Positions 32,479 through 42,194 of a DNA stretch of 64,000 bases are shown one piece after another; the first letter of the stretch is position 1, and each line of letters begins with the position of its first letter. The stretch spans positions 4,085-68,084 of the forward strand of contig JBEKVT010000001.1 in assembly GCA_049997795.1 (NCBI GenBank). Reading direction: 5' to 3'. The translations under genes and the position numbers were made by a program. The notes below the pieces were generated by a model. It did no database searches. It had not been told where the DNA came from and saw only the letters and a list, made by a program, of their open reading frames with translations. The stretch comes from Minisyncoccia bacterium. GTDB lineage: Bacteria > Patescibacteriota > Minisyncoccia > Phycocordibacterales > PALSA-1337.

Positions 32479-34119
32479 TCACGGCGTCCTCACGATGTGG
32501 GCCATGGCGTACTCCAGGGTGCCGCCGACTTTCTTGCCGGGGTTGAATATGCTTTTCGGGTCCCAGATCTTCTTGGTCTCTTCGAAGAGCCTGACGACTT
32601 CCTCTCCGTATTGCATCTTCACGAACGGCGTCCTGATGATGCCGTCGTTGTGCTCGCCGGTTATCGAGCCTCTGAACGCATGGACGAGCTCGTATACCTT
32701 GATCGACAGCTCTTCTATGATATGGTGCGACTTCCCGAGGTCGAGATCCATGAGAGGGATGATGTGAAAATTGCCGTCGCCGACGTGGCCGGCGATGGTG
32801 TAGGTCAGGTCTTTCTTGTACGGGTCGAGGATAGCATAGAGCTTCGGCAGGAATTCGGGCAGAGCCGCGGGCGGTACCACGAAATCGTCGATGAACGGGG
32901 CGGTGCGCAGGCCGTGGACGTGCTGGCGGAGCATGTTGAAGCTCTCGCGGCGGATGACCCAATATTTGGCGAGGTCCTTGGCGGTCTTGGTGACCTTGGT
33001 CTTTTGATGCAAGCTCTCGAGAGCGGCCTGCGCGTTCAATGCCTTTTCCAGGGCCTCTCTATCCGTGTCGGCCGTGAACTCGGCGAGAAGCACGAGCTTC
33101 GGCACGCCGCCGTCGAGGACGGCGATCATCTCCGGCAAGAATTCAAGGCCCAAGGTGATGATATTCCCTTTCATCTGCCTTATGAGCTGCGGCAGGAATT
33201 TTATGGCGACTTTAAACGTCTGGTCGTCGTACGACTCGAAGCTGTCTGGCTTGTGCCGGAGGATGCTCGAGGCCGTCTCGCCAAGATGGTCCAAGCTCTT
33301 CAGGAAGACGACCAGAAGATGCGAATATGGCTTGGGCCGGACCAGGGCGAATTCTATCTCGGTCAAAAGGCCTAGGGTGCCCTGCGAACCGGTGATGAGC
33401 CTGGTCAAATCGAACGTGCCCTTGCCTCTGTCGTAAACGTTCCACAGAGAGTAGCCGCAGGAATTCTTCGGGACTATCGGCCGGGCACTCTCGATCAGTT
33501 CTCGGTTCGAATCGATGAGGGCTTGGGTCTTCCGGTAGATCTGGCCTTCGAAGCTCTCAAGCTTTTTCTTCTCCTCGAGCTCTGCCGGCTTAAGCGGCTT
33601 GAATTCATATTCCTCGCCGTCGGCGCAGACCATCTTGAGCCGGCGGACGTATCTCTCCGTCTTGCCGTATGTCAGGGTCTTCTCGCCGCCGGCGTCATTG
33701 GCCACCATGCCGCCCACGGTGCAGAGCTCGCGCGAGGCCGGGTAGCTCGGCATGATCTGGCCGCCCTTATCCAGAGTGGCTTTTTCGAAATCGCGATAAT
33801 AGACGCCCGGCTCGGTCACGGCGTAACCGTCGACCACCTTTTTGATGCGATCGAAATGCTCAAGGAACGAGACGACTATAGATTCGGTGAGAGGCCCGCC
33901 CGACATGTCCGTACCAGCCGCGCGGGCAGTTAAATTAACGTCGCCGTGATCGGCGGCATAGCGGACCAGCTTTTTCAGGTCTTCGGCGTCTTTGGGATGG
34001 ACTACCGCCCTCGGCCTGACCTCGAATATGCTGGCGTCGCGGGATGCGGCGGCAAGCGCTTCGTCGGAGGTCTCGACTTCGCCGGAGATAAGATCCTTCA
34101 ATTCACTGATGTCTATCAT
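32479..34119 (-). CDS. FAD-linked oxidase (GlcD/D-lactate dehydrogenase family)
   Basis: R.AGT..SG, PAS...CTVGGM..N, GSQGTLG, GH.GDGN.H, GEHNDG and FNPGK motifs. Confidence 0.88.
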   Translation of the reverse strand: MIDISELKDLISGEVETSDEALAAASRDASIFEVRPRAVVHPKDAEDLKKLVRYAADHGDVNLTARAAGTDMSGGPLTESIVVSFLEHFDRIKKVVDGYAVTEPGVYYRDFEKATLDKGGQIMPSYPASRELCTVGGMVANDAGGEKTLTYGKTERYVRRLKMVCADGEEYEFKPLKPAELEEKKKLESFEGQIYRKTQALIDSNRELIESARPIVPKNSCGYSLWNVYDRGKGTFDLTRLITGSQGTLGLLTEIEFALVRPKPYSHLLVVFLKSLDHLGETASSILRHKPDSFESYDDQTFKVAIKFLPQLIRQMKGNIITLGLEFLPEMIAVLDGGVPKLVLLAEFTADTDREALEKALNAQAALESLHQKTKVTKTAKDLAKYWVIRRESFNMLRQHVHGLRTAPFIDDFVVPPAALPEFLPKLYAILDPYKKDLTYTIAGHVGDGNFHIIPLMDLDLGKSHHIIEELSIKVYELVHAFRGSITGEHNDGIIRTPFVKMQYGEEVVRLFEETKKIWDPKSIFNPGKKVGGTLEYAMAHIVRTP

Positions 34120-34171
34120 AGGAGAAACATTATACAAGAAACGAGGCCTTAAAATAAGGAGTTTAGCTTGA

Positions 34172-34201
34172 TTGACAAATTAATATAATTTGTGCTATAA
34201 T
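34172..34201 (+). promoter_or_regulatory. Near-consensus sigma-70 promoter
   Basis: TTGACA-18-TATAAT with an extended TG, in an AT-rich intergenic region. Confidence 0.75.
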
Positions 34202-34269
34202 TAAAAAGAATTTCAGATAGTCCTTCACCTCTTACCTTAACGTCAGTAAACAAGAAAGGACCGTGTCCT

Positions 34270-34830
34270 TTGAAAATCTTAATCCTCTACGCGATCAACG
34301 TGATGTCGATCGCTTTCCCTCTGGCTATATTGGAAATATGGCTGGAGCAGTTTAAGGTCGGCAAATGGGGCGCCACTGAATTCCAACACCCCTTTTGGGG
34401 CAAAAAGATCCAGATCGGCCTCTTAGATCGGATCACGGAGAAGTCCTACGTCACGCCGTATCATCTCATGATGTTCGGCGCGATCATCCCCGCGGTCACT
34501 ATCTTGAACTTCCTGCTGTTCTGGCATCTCTCGGGCCATTCATGGCTCGTCATGGATGTCGGCGGCGCGAAAATCGTCCCGATCATATTCCTGCCGACAG
34601 TCTGGCTCGGGAATATGGTCACTGAGGATTTCCTCTGGTTCGCAATCCAGTCCGTCACCGGGTGGCGCGAACCGAAGGCCCTTGAAAGGCTTCTTGCAGG
34701 AGATTTCGTGTGGCATACCGAGTTTGTCGAATTGTCCCGCTCGATCATGCTGCCGAGATTTTACATCGTCATCCCTCTTTGGGTGGCGATACTTCTGGTC
34801 ACGCAGAGCCTCATCGTCCAGTTCGCCTGA
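34270..34830 (+). CDS. Hypothetical membrane protein
   Basis: TTG start after GAAAGGA; about 4 TMs; LEI..E...WG, YH and EDFLWF motifs; own promoter and terminator. Confidence 0.75.
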   Translation: MKILILYAINVMSIAFPLAILEIWLEQFKVGKWGATEFQHPFWGKKIQIGLLDRITEKSYVTPYHLMMFGAIIPAVTILNFLLFWHLSGHSWLVMDVGGAKIVPIIFLPTVWLGNMVTEDFLWFAIQSVTGWREPKALERLLAGDFVWHTEFVELSRSIMLPRFYIVIPLWVAILLVTQSLIVQFA

Positions 34831-34860
34831 ATCAGGCGAACGATCAACCCACCAACGGGA

Positions 34861-34888
34861 AAAAGCCCGCTCGGTGGGCTTTTCTTTT
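34861..34888. terminator. Bidirectional intrinsic terminator
   Basis: AAAAGCCCGC-TCG-GTGGGCTTTTCTTTT between convergent genes. Confidence 0.75.
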
Positions 34889-34925
34889 GTGGTAAGGTCT
34901 TTTGAATGGATAACGGGCCTACATT

Positions 34926-35264
34926 TCAGGCTTCTCTGACCCACGGGCGCGCGTATCTGAGATTATGGACTATATCGAACAAGAGCCACAGGCCGGCGGC
35001 GATGGCTAGGGTGATGACCGCTTCGACGGTGAACGAAGTGTGAATGAAGGCGGACAAGAGATAAGAGACGTCATCGGCGACGCCGGACAGCCTAGACATG
35101 TTCTGGATGACGTGCGGTATCGAGACGAGATAGACCATGGCGACAGCACAGGCGGCGAAGACCAGCCCTTTGAGCGCCTCCGGGTCGAAGGCCCGGCGCA
35201 GGAGATATACCGCCCGCACCCGGGTCATCACGTCTCTTTTGAGTTGTCCGTCGCGTTGATTCAT
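34926..35264 (-). CDS. Membrane protein, candidate anti-sigma factor
   Basis: Overlaps the ECF sigma stop; VMTRV then 2 TMs, the same layout as 27735-28124. Confidence 0.6.
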   Translation of the reverse strand: MNQRDGQLKRDVMTRVRAVYLLRRAFDPEALKGLVFAACAVAMVYLVSIPHVIQNMSRLSGVADDVSYLLSAFIHTSFTVEAVITLAIAAGLWLLFDIVHNLRYARPWVREA

Positions 35265-35839
35265 TTGATTTGCGAGGTGACATAAGCTAATTCTAAGTGA
35301 GCCTCTCGCATCTTCTGCTTGGCCCGGTGGATGCGCTGGCGGATCGTGCCGTGCGAGACGCCTTCCTTTTCGGCGATCTCTTTCTGCGGCATGCCGTCTA
35401 TGAAATGTTGCTCCACGGTCCGGCGCAGGAGGACCGGCAGCTTGGACAGCATTCTCATGGCTTGATCGGCCGCGTATCGGCGCTCCATGAGGTCGGCGGA
35501 GACGGGATCAGGGACAGTCTCCGCGAATTCAGGGACAGCCTCGAGCGAAACGGTCTCTTTGCGGCGCCTCTTGCGGTACGCCGTGTAGCATTGATTTACG
35601 AGGACGGTATAGGCCCAAGAGGAGAACGAGGCGCCTTCCCTTTCCTCGAATCTCTTGCCAGCCACATATATCCGGACGAACGTCTCCTGGACAACGTCAT
35701 AGGCGTCGTCTTCATCGTGGAGGATGGACATGGCCTTGCGCACGAAAGCCCGCTGGTACCGATTCACGATCTCTTCGAACACGGCCGGACGAGCCGCAGA
35801 ATCCCGTAGCAGTTCGACGTCGGACGATGGTTTATCCAT
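35261..35839 (-). CDS. ECF sigma factor
   Basis: D.ELL, DVVQETF.RIY, FSSWAY...N and EIA...G...GT.R.RI.RA motifs. Confidence 0.9.
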   Translation of the reverse strand: MDKPSSDVELLRDSAARPAVFEEIVNRYQRAFVRKAMSILHDEDDAYDVVQETFVRIYVAGKRFEEREGASFSSWAYTVLVNQCYTAYRKRRRKETVSLEAVPEFAETVPDPVSADLMERRYAADQAMRMLSKLPVLLRRTVEQHFIDGMPQKEIAEKEGVSHGTIRQRIHRAKQKMREAHLELAYVTSQIK

Positions 35840-35887
35840 GTCTTCCATTATAACCCGGATGGAGGCGGGAATGTCACAAGGAAGGAG

Positions 35888-36286
35888 CTACCAGCCTAGC
35901 GAATACGCCCAAGGGAGCGGGATAGCCAGCATAGCGAGCAGGGCGCCGAGAAGAGCCATGTTCTTCCAGAAATTGATGCGATCGCCCATCTTGGCCATCG
36001 GATCGGCCTCTTTCCAATACGGATGCATCTTGAAGGACACTCCGACAAGGAAGATGGCCAGACAAGCGATGCCGAGTTCCGGCCCGTATCCGGCGAGGAT
36101 CGAAAGACCGCCGACAAGAGCCAGGATACCGGTGCCTATGACGGCGAACTTGGCCCCGGCCGCCGACTTCACGCCCTTGGACTGAGCGTAGCCGACCATG
36201 CCGGAAGCTTTGAAGATGTGGCCGTACGCCGCGTGGAGCCAATAAAGCCCGAGAATGACGCGACCGGCGAGAAATGCGTATATCAT
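35888..36286 (-). CDS. DoxX family membrane protein
   Basis: GR..LG, GGLSILAG, H.YW and FWKN.AL.G motifs. Confidence 0.88.
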   Translation of the reverse strand: MIYAFLAGRVILGLYWLHAAYGHIFKASGMVGYAQSKGVKSAAGAKFAVIGTGILALVGGLSILAGYGPELGIACLAIFLVGVSFKMHPYWKEADPMAKMGDRINFWKNMALLGALLAMLAIPLPWAYSLGW

Positions 36287-36412
36287 AGCTTGATTTCCTA
36301 TAGATTAAAGTTATATCAACCCCTGGTAATGCCGGGGCATTATACCAGAGGCGTTTTAGAGAAGACCAGGGCTGAAATGTGGTATAGTTGTGGAGACTTG
36401 AAGCCTGCCTCC

Positions 36413-36817
36413 ATGTCCAATGCCGTCGCACAAGTCGGGCCCGTCGAATCGAGTTTTTTGGGCAAACCTCTGGTGCATGCCGTCCTGGGCGGCACTTTCA
36501 GCGTTGGAGAACTGCCCTTGATCAAGGCCTGGGCGGAGGGGCTAGGCAAGACCATCAAAGACGCTTCCGGCGGCAAGAACAGGTCGGTTTGCGTCATCAT
36601 AGACTTCAGCTCCCTCGAATCTTACGAAGACCCGAAAGTGATCGAGATGTTGGTCGGTCTGATGGAAAATGACTTACCGTACATCTATCGGACCGCCACT
36701 TGGGGTGCCAATCTCCGAACTCAAATGGCCGAGCAGGTGGTCCGAGTGATGGCCAAGCGCGACAACATCAAGGATTTCAAAACGAAAGAGGAGGCCCTGG
36801 CCTGGCTTCGAGAATGA
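36413..36817 (+). CDS. STAS/SEC14 (SpoIIAA-like) domain protein
   Basis: VIIDFS, R.A..G and a C-terminal F.T.EEALAWL; the start position is uncertain. Confidence 0.7.
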   Translation: MSNAVAQVGPVESSFLGKPLVHAVLGGTFSVGELPLIKAWAEGLGKTIKDASGGKNRSVCVIIDFSSLESYEDPKVIEMLVGLMENDLPYIYRTATWGANLRTQMAEQVVRVMAKRDNIKDFKTKEEALAWLRE

Positions 36818-38689
36818 TCATTTCCTCCCCGCCCTTAAGGCGTTGCCTATCGGAAGGAAGTCGGTCAGGAAGTTGAAGGCGGCGGCGCCCGAGGGGCCAA
36901 GGACACCGAGGCCGGGGATGCCGACGATCACCCATAGAAGGCCGACAGCGTTGGTCATGAACCAGATAGCGAAACACTGCCACATGATGTGCCGGATGAC
37001 CTGGGCCGTGCGCATGACCTGCGGCAGGCGGTCCAAGCGGTCTTTCATGATGGCGATGTCGGCGGCCTCGATGGCGGCGTCGGCCCCGATGCCGCCCATG
37101 GCGATAGAGACGTCGGCAAGCGCCATCGAGGCGGCGTCATTCACCCCGTCGCCGATGTAGCCGACTACCTCCGGCTCTTTCTCTCGCTCGAATTTGTGCA
37201 CGAACTCGACCTTGCTCTCCGGCGTCATGTTGGCGTGGAAGTGCCGGAGCCCGAGCTCCCCGGCCACGGCCGCGGCGGCATGCTCGTTGTCGCCAGTCAG
37301 GATGTGCCACTCGCGCACGCCGTATTTCCTCGTTTCGGCGATGATCTCTTTGACGCGCGGCCGAAGCTCGTCACCGTAAGAGATGAGGCCGGCCGTCTTG
37401 CCATTCACAGAGAGGACCGCCACGCCGCGGCCGGCGTCTTTTTCGAGAGTGAGGTCGCGCTTGGCTTCCTCGGGCACCGCCGTTCCGTCATGTGCCATGA
37501 ATGAGGGACGGCCGAGGAGCATCCGGTCTATGCCGTGGCGGAACCTGACGCCCTGGCCGGGCGCTTCTTCCAGTTCCTGCGGGGCATGGATGGTCATGCC
37601 CTTCCCTTTGCCGTAGTCGATGATGGCGCGGGAGACAGCGTGCTTCGATTCCGAAGCGCCCATCATGGCGAGTTCGAGGACTTTATGGGCGGAGAACGGC
37701 TTGTAGGCGCGGATGTCCACGACCTTCGGCTTCCCGCGGGTCAGAGTGCCGGTCTTGTCGGTGAGCAAGAACTTCATCTTCGAGAGCTGTTCAAGAGCGG
37801 CCGAGCCTTTGACGATTACACCGTCCTTGGCGGCTCGAGCGATGCCGGCGGTGAAAGCGAGCGGCACGGCTACGGCCACGTCATCGGCACAGACGACCAG
37901 TAAGACGGCCAGGATCTCCCCGGGCGACAGGCCGTACCACCACATGAAGCCGGAAGCGAGGAGCGAGATGAATATGTACCACTGGGTGAAGCGGTCAGCC
38001 ATGCGCTCGGCCTGGCTCTTGTCGCGGCCGGCTTCCTCGACGAGCTTGATGATCTTGGCAAGGGTCGTATCGGCGCCGACCCGTTCGGTCTTGACGACGA
38101 GCGATCCCGATTCGTTCATTGTGGCGGTGAAGACCTTGTCGCCGGGCTTCTTCGGCACGAGCTCGCTCTCGCCGGTAAGGGATGACTCGTCGACGTCGGC
38201 GGCTCCGGACATGACTACGCCGTCTACCGGCATCCTGTCTCCGGAGTCAACCACGACCATGTCACCGGGCCTTACCTCGCTTATGTGGACATCCTTGACC
38301 GTCTCGCCGACCTGGAGACGCACCCGCTCGACGTGGTATTTCATCAGGCTCTGGATGACTCTCTTGACCCGCGCCGAGGTGACGTATTCGAAGATGCGGG
38401 CGAAGGCGAGCATCAGGGTGATGAGAGCCGCCGAGACCCATTCTTTATCGATCAGCGAGAAGCCTAGGGCGATAGAGGCCAAAAGGTCCACCGATAGGCG
38501 TCGCTTGATGAGCGATTTAATGGCCGACCACAGGACCGGGATGAGGCCCAGGAACGAGAGGGCCGCCAGGATCGCATCCGCCTGCGGCATCTTGAACAAG
38601 ACGCCGATGAGAACCGCCGAGGTCAGGGTGACGAGGACCAGGTCGAAGACGAAAAAGGCTCTCTCTTCGCGGTCGGTAGCGGGCTTCAT
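36818..38689 (-). CDS. P1B-type (heavy-metal) ATPase with non-canonical TM motif
   Basis: DES.LTGES, DKTGTLT and GDGVND motifs; VVCADD stands where CPC/CPX is expected. Confidence 0.9.
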   Translation of the reverse strand: MKPATDREERAFFVFDLVLVTLTSAVLIGVLFKMPQADAILAALSFLGLIPVLWSAIKSLIKRRLSVDLLASIALGFSLIDKEWVSAALITLMLAFARIFEYVTSARVKRVIQSLMKYHVERVRLQVGETVKDVHISEVRPGDMVVVDSGDRMPVDGVVMSGAADVDESSLTGESELVPKKPGDKVFTATMNESGSLVVKTERVGADTTLAKIIKLVEEAGRDKSQAERMADRFTQWYIFISLLASGFMWWYGLSPGEILAVLLVVCADDVAVAVPLAFTAGIARAAKDGVIVKGSAALEQLSKMKFLLTDKTGTLTRGKPKVVDIRAYKPFSAHKVLELAMMGASESKHAVSRAIIDYGKGKGMTIHAPQELEEAPGQGVRFRHGIDRMLLGRPSFMAHDGTAVPEEAKRDLTLEKDAGRGVAVLSVNGKTAGLISYGDELRPRVKEIIAETRKYGVREWHILTGDNEHAAAAVAGELGLRHFHANMTPESKVEFVHKFEREKEPEVVGYIGDGVNDAASMALADVSIAMGGIGADAAIEAADIAIMKDRLDRLPQVMRTAQVIRHIMWQCFAIWFMTNAVGLLWVIVGIPGLGVLGPSGAAAFNFLTDFLPIGNALRAGRK

Positions 38690-38763
38690 GCCTGTATTAT
38701 AACAGGAGTCGAGCATCAGTTGGTTGTGCGAGGCAAGAACCGTGGCTTTATTAAGGACGCAAT

Positions 38764-38792
38764 AAAAAAGCCACGCGAGGGGACGCGTGGCC
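38764..38792 (-). terminator. Intrinsic terminator
   Basis: GCCACGCG stem followed by a T run on the minus strand, after 38813-39586. Confidence 0.7.
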
Positions 38793-38812
38793 TTCATGAA
38801 CGAATCGGTCCT

Positions 38813-39586
38813 TTAGAATTGGTAGCCGAGGCCGCCGAAGACGACCTTGTCGAAGGAAGGACGGCTGTCATGCACGGTGACCGGCACGTAGTAGTTCACC
38901 TGCGGCATGACCATCGTCAGACGCTTCGAGAGCTTCCAGTCCAATTCGACGCTCCCCCGGAAGAGGAGGCCGCTATCGAGGCCGAAGCCGCCGGTGTCAT
39001 AGACGAGCGAGAGCGAGACGCTGGCGCTCGTCAGATCCTTGAAGAAGGACGCGCTGTTGCTGGCTCCAGCGCTGAACAGGCTTCCGCCCCGGTAAGGGCT
39101 GCGGGGCATGGCGACGTAATTCTCGTAACAGCCGTTGATCGTCGTCCACTTGAACGCTTTGGACAGCTTCACGTGGCTGTAGATGATGTCCTGGGCGCCG
39201 AGAACGGACAGGCTCGGCTCGTCGAAATACGTGACGCCGATGTCGAGGGTCGTGTCCGATGGCTGGCTTTTCAGGCCGAGCGCCGACAAGGGGCCGGACC
39301 AGCCGACGCCGAAGTCCTGTTCGGTGCCGAAGTTGTGGTTGTATCCCCTGAAAGGGGCTGAATGCCACAGATCGAGGTAGAGGCCGTCGTGAAAGCTCAG
39401 GAACAAGTCGGATTGGATCGCCGGCTTGTCATAGAGCATGCCGCCGCTGCCGAAAGCCAGATATTTGCTGGCCACGACCGAGCGGAACGTGACTTGCGGG
39501 TCATGATTCTGGTCGGTACCGTCATCGGCCAAGGCCGATAACGAGAGCCCGAAAAGGACGCTTAAGCTGACAAGGAGCGTTTTCAT
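38813..39586 (-). CDS. Secreted beta-barrel-like protein (TorF/Gcw_chp putative porin-like)
   Basis: Signal peptide, SKY...G....DKPAIQ, GLY..LW.S, E.DFG.GW, alternating beta pattern and a C-terminal GLGYQF. Confidence 0.6.
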   Translation of the reverse strand: MKTLLVSLSVLFGLSLSALADDGTDQNHDPQVTFRSVVASKYLAFGSGGMLYDKPAIQSDLFLSFHDGLYLDLWHSAPFRGYNHNFGTEQDFGVGWSGPLSALGLKSQPSDTTLDIGVTYFDEPSLSVLGAQDIIYSHVKLSKAFKWTTINGCYENYVAMPRSPYRGGSLFSAGASNSASFFKDLTSASVSLSLVYDTGGFGLDSGLLFRGSVELDWKLSKRLTMVMPQVNYYVPVTVHDSRPSFDKVVFGGLGYQF

Positions 39587-39679
39587 GGGTCGATCTTTCT
39601 GCTAAAGGTTCGTTGTCGTTCTGAGGTTTGTTTAGACTTTAGCAGGTGATTGACTTATTGTCAAGTATATGACGATTAT

Positions 39680-40648
39680 TTATGGCCGCACTACCTTTTT
39701 AAGCTCTCCGATCAGGACGTCCAGATCATGCGCCAGCGTGCCGTCTTCGGCGATCTCCGCGAAAGGGGCGTATCGTATCCGCCGGTCGGCCTTGTTCTTC
39801 TTCGTCTTCTTGAACTCGACCTTATCCTCCAAGGCGTAATCGATGAGCGCCTTCGGCGGGATCTTCTTGTCATTGCAGAGGATGACGTCCGCGCGCCTTC
39901 CCACATATCCTTCGATCTTGGATACGAAGTCGTCGGCAGCGTAATTCTGAGTCTCCCCTTTCTTGTTGACGATATTGAGGATGATCGCGATCCTGGCTTT
40001 CGATCGGGCGATGGCTCCTTTGATCCCGCCCGGAAGGAGGCTCGGGACGATGCTCGAGTAGAAATCGCCGGGAGTGACGATGAGCCAGTCCGCCTCGACG
40101 ATGGATTTGACAGCTTCTTTTGACGCCCTGGCTTCCGGCTTCAGGTAGACACTCTTTATCGCGTGCGCATCTGGATGCCAGAGAGGATTTTTTGCAAGCT
40201 GGTCGATGTTGGCTTCGCTGACGACCGTATTGCCTATCTTCAAGGCAGCGCACAGCTCGGTCCTTTCCTCTGTGACCGGCAATACACGATGGATCCCCAG
40301 GCTGCACAGGCTCCAGAATTCCTCAAGAGCCTTGCCGGTGCCTGCCGTCTTTTCCAGAGCGACAAAAAGCACGTTCTTCACCGAGTGCCCTTTCAACGTC
40401 CCCTTTCCATAACGATATAAAAGGGCCCGGGACAGTATCGGGTCGGGACAGAGAGCCGCTATGCACCATGTCAGATCGCCCAGATAGCCCTTCGCGCCAT
40501 AATCCTCCTTAAGGCTTCCAGTGGATCCGCCGGAATCAGTGCTGGGACAGATGCCGGTTATCTTCAGGCCCGGCATGGCCCTGAGGGCTTTCAGCACCTT
40601 GGCTTGGCCGCCCGCGCCGCCTATGGTAACGACATCGATCGTTTTCAT
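39680..40648 (-). CDS. yvcK: YvcK/GlmR (CofD-like) family protein
   Basis: V.IGG..G, DSGGSTG.L, GHS..N, PG..YSSI.P.L and GET motifs. Confidence 0.85.
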   Translation of the reverse strand: MKTIDVVTIGGAGGQAKVLKALRAMPGLKITGICPSTDSGGSTGSLKEDYGAKGYLGDLTWCIAALCPDPILSRALLYRYGKGTLKGHSVKNVLFVALEKTAGTGKALEEFWSLCSLGIHRVLPVTEERTELCAALKIGNTVVSEANIDQLAKNPLWHPDAHAIKSVYLKPEARASKEAVKSIVEADWLIVTPGDFYSSIVPSLLPGGIKGAIARSKARIAIILNIVNKKGETQNYAADDFVSKIEGYVGRRADVILCNDKKIPPKALIDYALEDKVEFKKTKKNKADRRIRYAPFAEIAEDGTLAHDLDVLIGELKKVVRP

Positions 40649-40753
40649 GCCGAGACGCCGCTTATTTCAGACAAAATTACAGCACGACATCTAAGGCGTG
40701 CCGTGCTTGACCATTACAACCGCCGCGACGGACGGGATGTTACACTGCTTCGG

Positions 40754-42043
40754 TCACGATAATTTCGTGATATCCCGCGGGAAGAAGAGCTCGAGGGCCC
40801 ATTCGAAGGCGATCCTGATGCGCTTTCTCCAAGAAGCGAATTTGGATAGATAGACCGTGCGCCAGAGCCACCAAGTCAGGCGGCCTGAAATTTTCTTTGA
40901 GAAGAGCTCACCGATGGCGAACCACTGCCCTACCGAGACCATGCCGCCCTTGGAACGATAACGGAAGGGACGAAGAGGCTCGCCGACAGCGATGGCGATA
41001 AGGTTGCGGGCAACGGTTTTCGCTTCTTTTTCCGCCACTTGGGCGAGCATCGGGAGCGGTTTGACGTTCCCGGCGTCTATGTAAGCAGCGGCATCGCCTA
41101 GAGCGAAGATGTGGTCGGAGCTTGGGAGGCGGAAGAAGCTATCGACCGATAGCCGGCCGCCGGTTAAGGCTGGGGCCCTGCCTTTGAATTTCGGTATAAC
41201 TGCCTTGACGCCGGCTGTCCAGATGACAGTTGAGGCCGGGATAGCCGGATTGTCGGCTACGTAGAGGCTGGCTGACGAGATTCCGGTTACGGTCATTCCC
41301 GTATGAACGGCCACGCCGACTTCCTTCAAGCGTTTGGCCGCCGCTTGGCGCAAGTTTGGCGAAAATTGTTCCAGGATCTCCTTGCCGGCGTGAACAAGAG
41401 AGACAGTCGCCTCTTCCGGTTGACATTGCTGTGGCTCTTCCGGATGACTATGGTCGCTGCTGTAATAGCGTTTGGCTATGCCGCGGGTGAATTCGGCGAG
41501 CTCTGCGGCAAGCTCAACGCCGGTCGGACCGCCGCCTACCACGGCAAACGACAGGAGTTTGGCGCGTTCGGCCCGATCCGGAGAGAGCGCGGCCTTCTCG
41601 AAAGCGTCGATGACGCGGTTGCGGATCGTGGCCGCGTCAGCGAGAGTCTTGAGCGGCAGGGCATATTCGGCCGCGTCCCGGATGCCGTAATAGTTAGTCT
41701 CAGCGCCGGTTCCGATGACGAGATAATCGTAGCGGATGTTGATCGGGGGGGCTGAATCGCCCTTCACTTCTACCGTGCGAGCCTCGGCGTCAACGGTTTC
41801 GGCCGTCCCTTGGATGAAATGCACGCCAGTCCCCACAAAAATCTCGCGCAAGGGTTCTGCCACGCTCGAAAGAGACAGGGCGCCTGTCGCCGCTTCATGG
41901 AGGAGCGGCGTGAAAAGGAAATAATTGTTACGTCCGACCAGAGTCACGTCGATCTTGCCCTCTCTGGCGTGCTCTGCGAGCCTCTTTGCGACATATACGC
42001 CGCCGAAGCCGGTGCCGAGGATGACGATGTGAGGGCGTAGCAT
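40754..42043 (-). CDS. ndh: Type II NADH:quinone oxidoreductase
   Basis: G.GFGG, FTPLL.E.ATG, VVGGGPTGVE.A.E, GD.A and AQ.A motifs; C-terminal amphipathic W..W helix. Confidence 0.9.
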   Translation of the reverse strand: MLRPHIVILGTGFGGVYVAKRLAEHAREGKIDVTLVGRNNYFLFTPLLHEAATGALSLSSVAEPLREIFVGTGVHFIQGTAETVDAEARTVEVKGDSAPPINIRYDYLVIGTGAETNYYGIRDAAEYALPLKTLADAATIRNRVIDAFEKAALSPDRAERAKLLSFAVVGGGPTGVELAAELAEFTRGIAKRYYSSDHSHPEEPQQCQPEEATVSLVHAGKEILEQFSPNLRQAAAKRLKEVGVAVHTGMTVTGISSASLYVADNPAIPASTVIWTAGVKAVIPKFKGRAPALTGGRLSVDSFFRLPSSDHIFALGDAAAYIDAGNVKPLPMLAQVAEKEAKTVARNLIAIAVGEPLRPFRYRSKGGMVSVGQWFAIGELFSKKISGRLTWWLWRTVYLSKFASWRKRIRIAFEWALELFFPRDITKLS

Positions 42044-42073
42044 GATGGTCAGTTTAACATATATAGATACGAG

Positions 42074-42190
42074 TGAACCGTAAGTACTGGCTCTTCAGGA
42101 CACGCCGTCCGGCCGTGCTCGGCCGGCGGCTCATTCTCGGCCGCCTTCGCGGCCTCCGAAAGGTCCTTCAGAACCAGTACTTACGGTTCA
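42074..42190. repeat. 117-bp element with about 28-bp terminal inverted repeats (17 bp perfect)
   Basis: TGAACCGTAAGTACTGG (42074-42090) is the exact reverse complement of 42174-42190 and extends imperfectly inward; GC-rich spacer. Confidence 0.8.
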
Positions 42191-42194
42191 TCAG

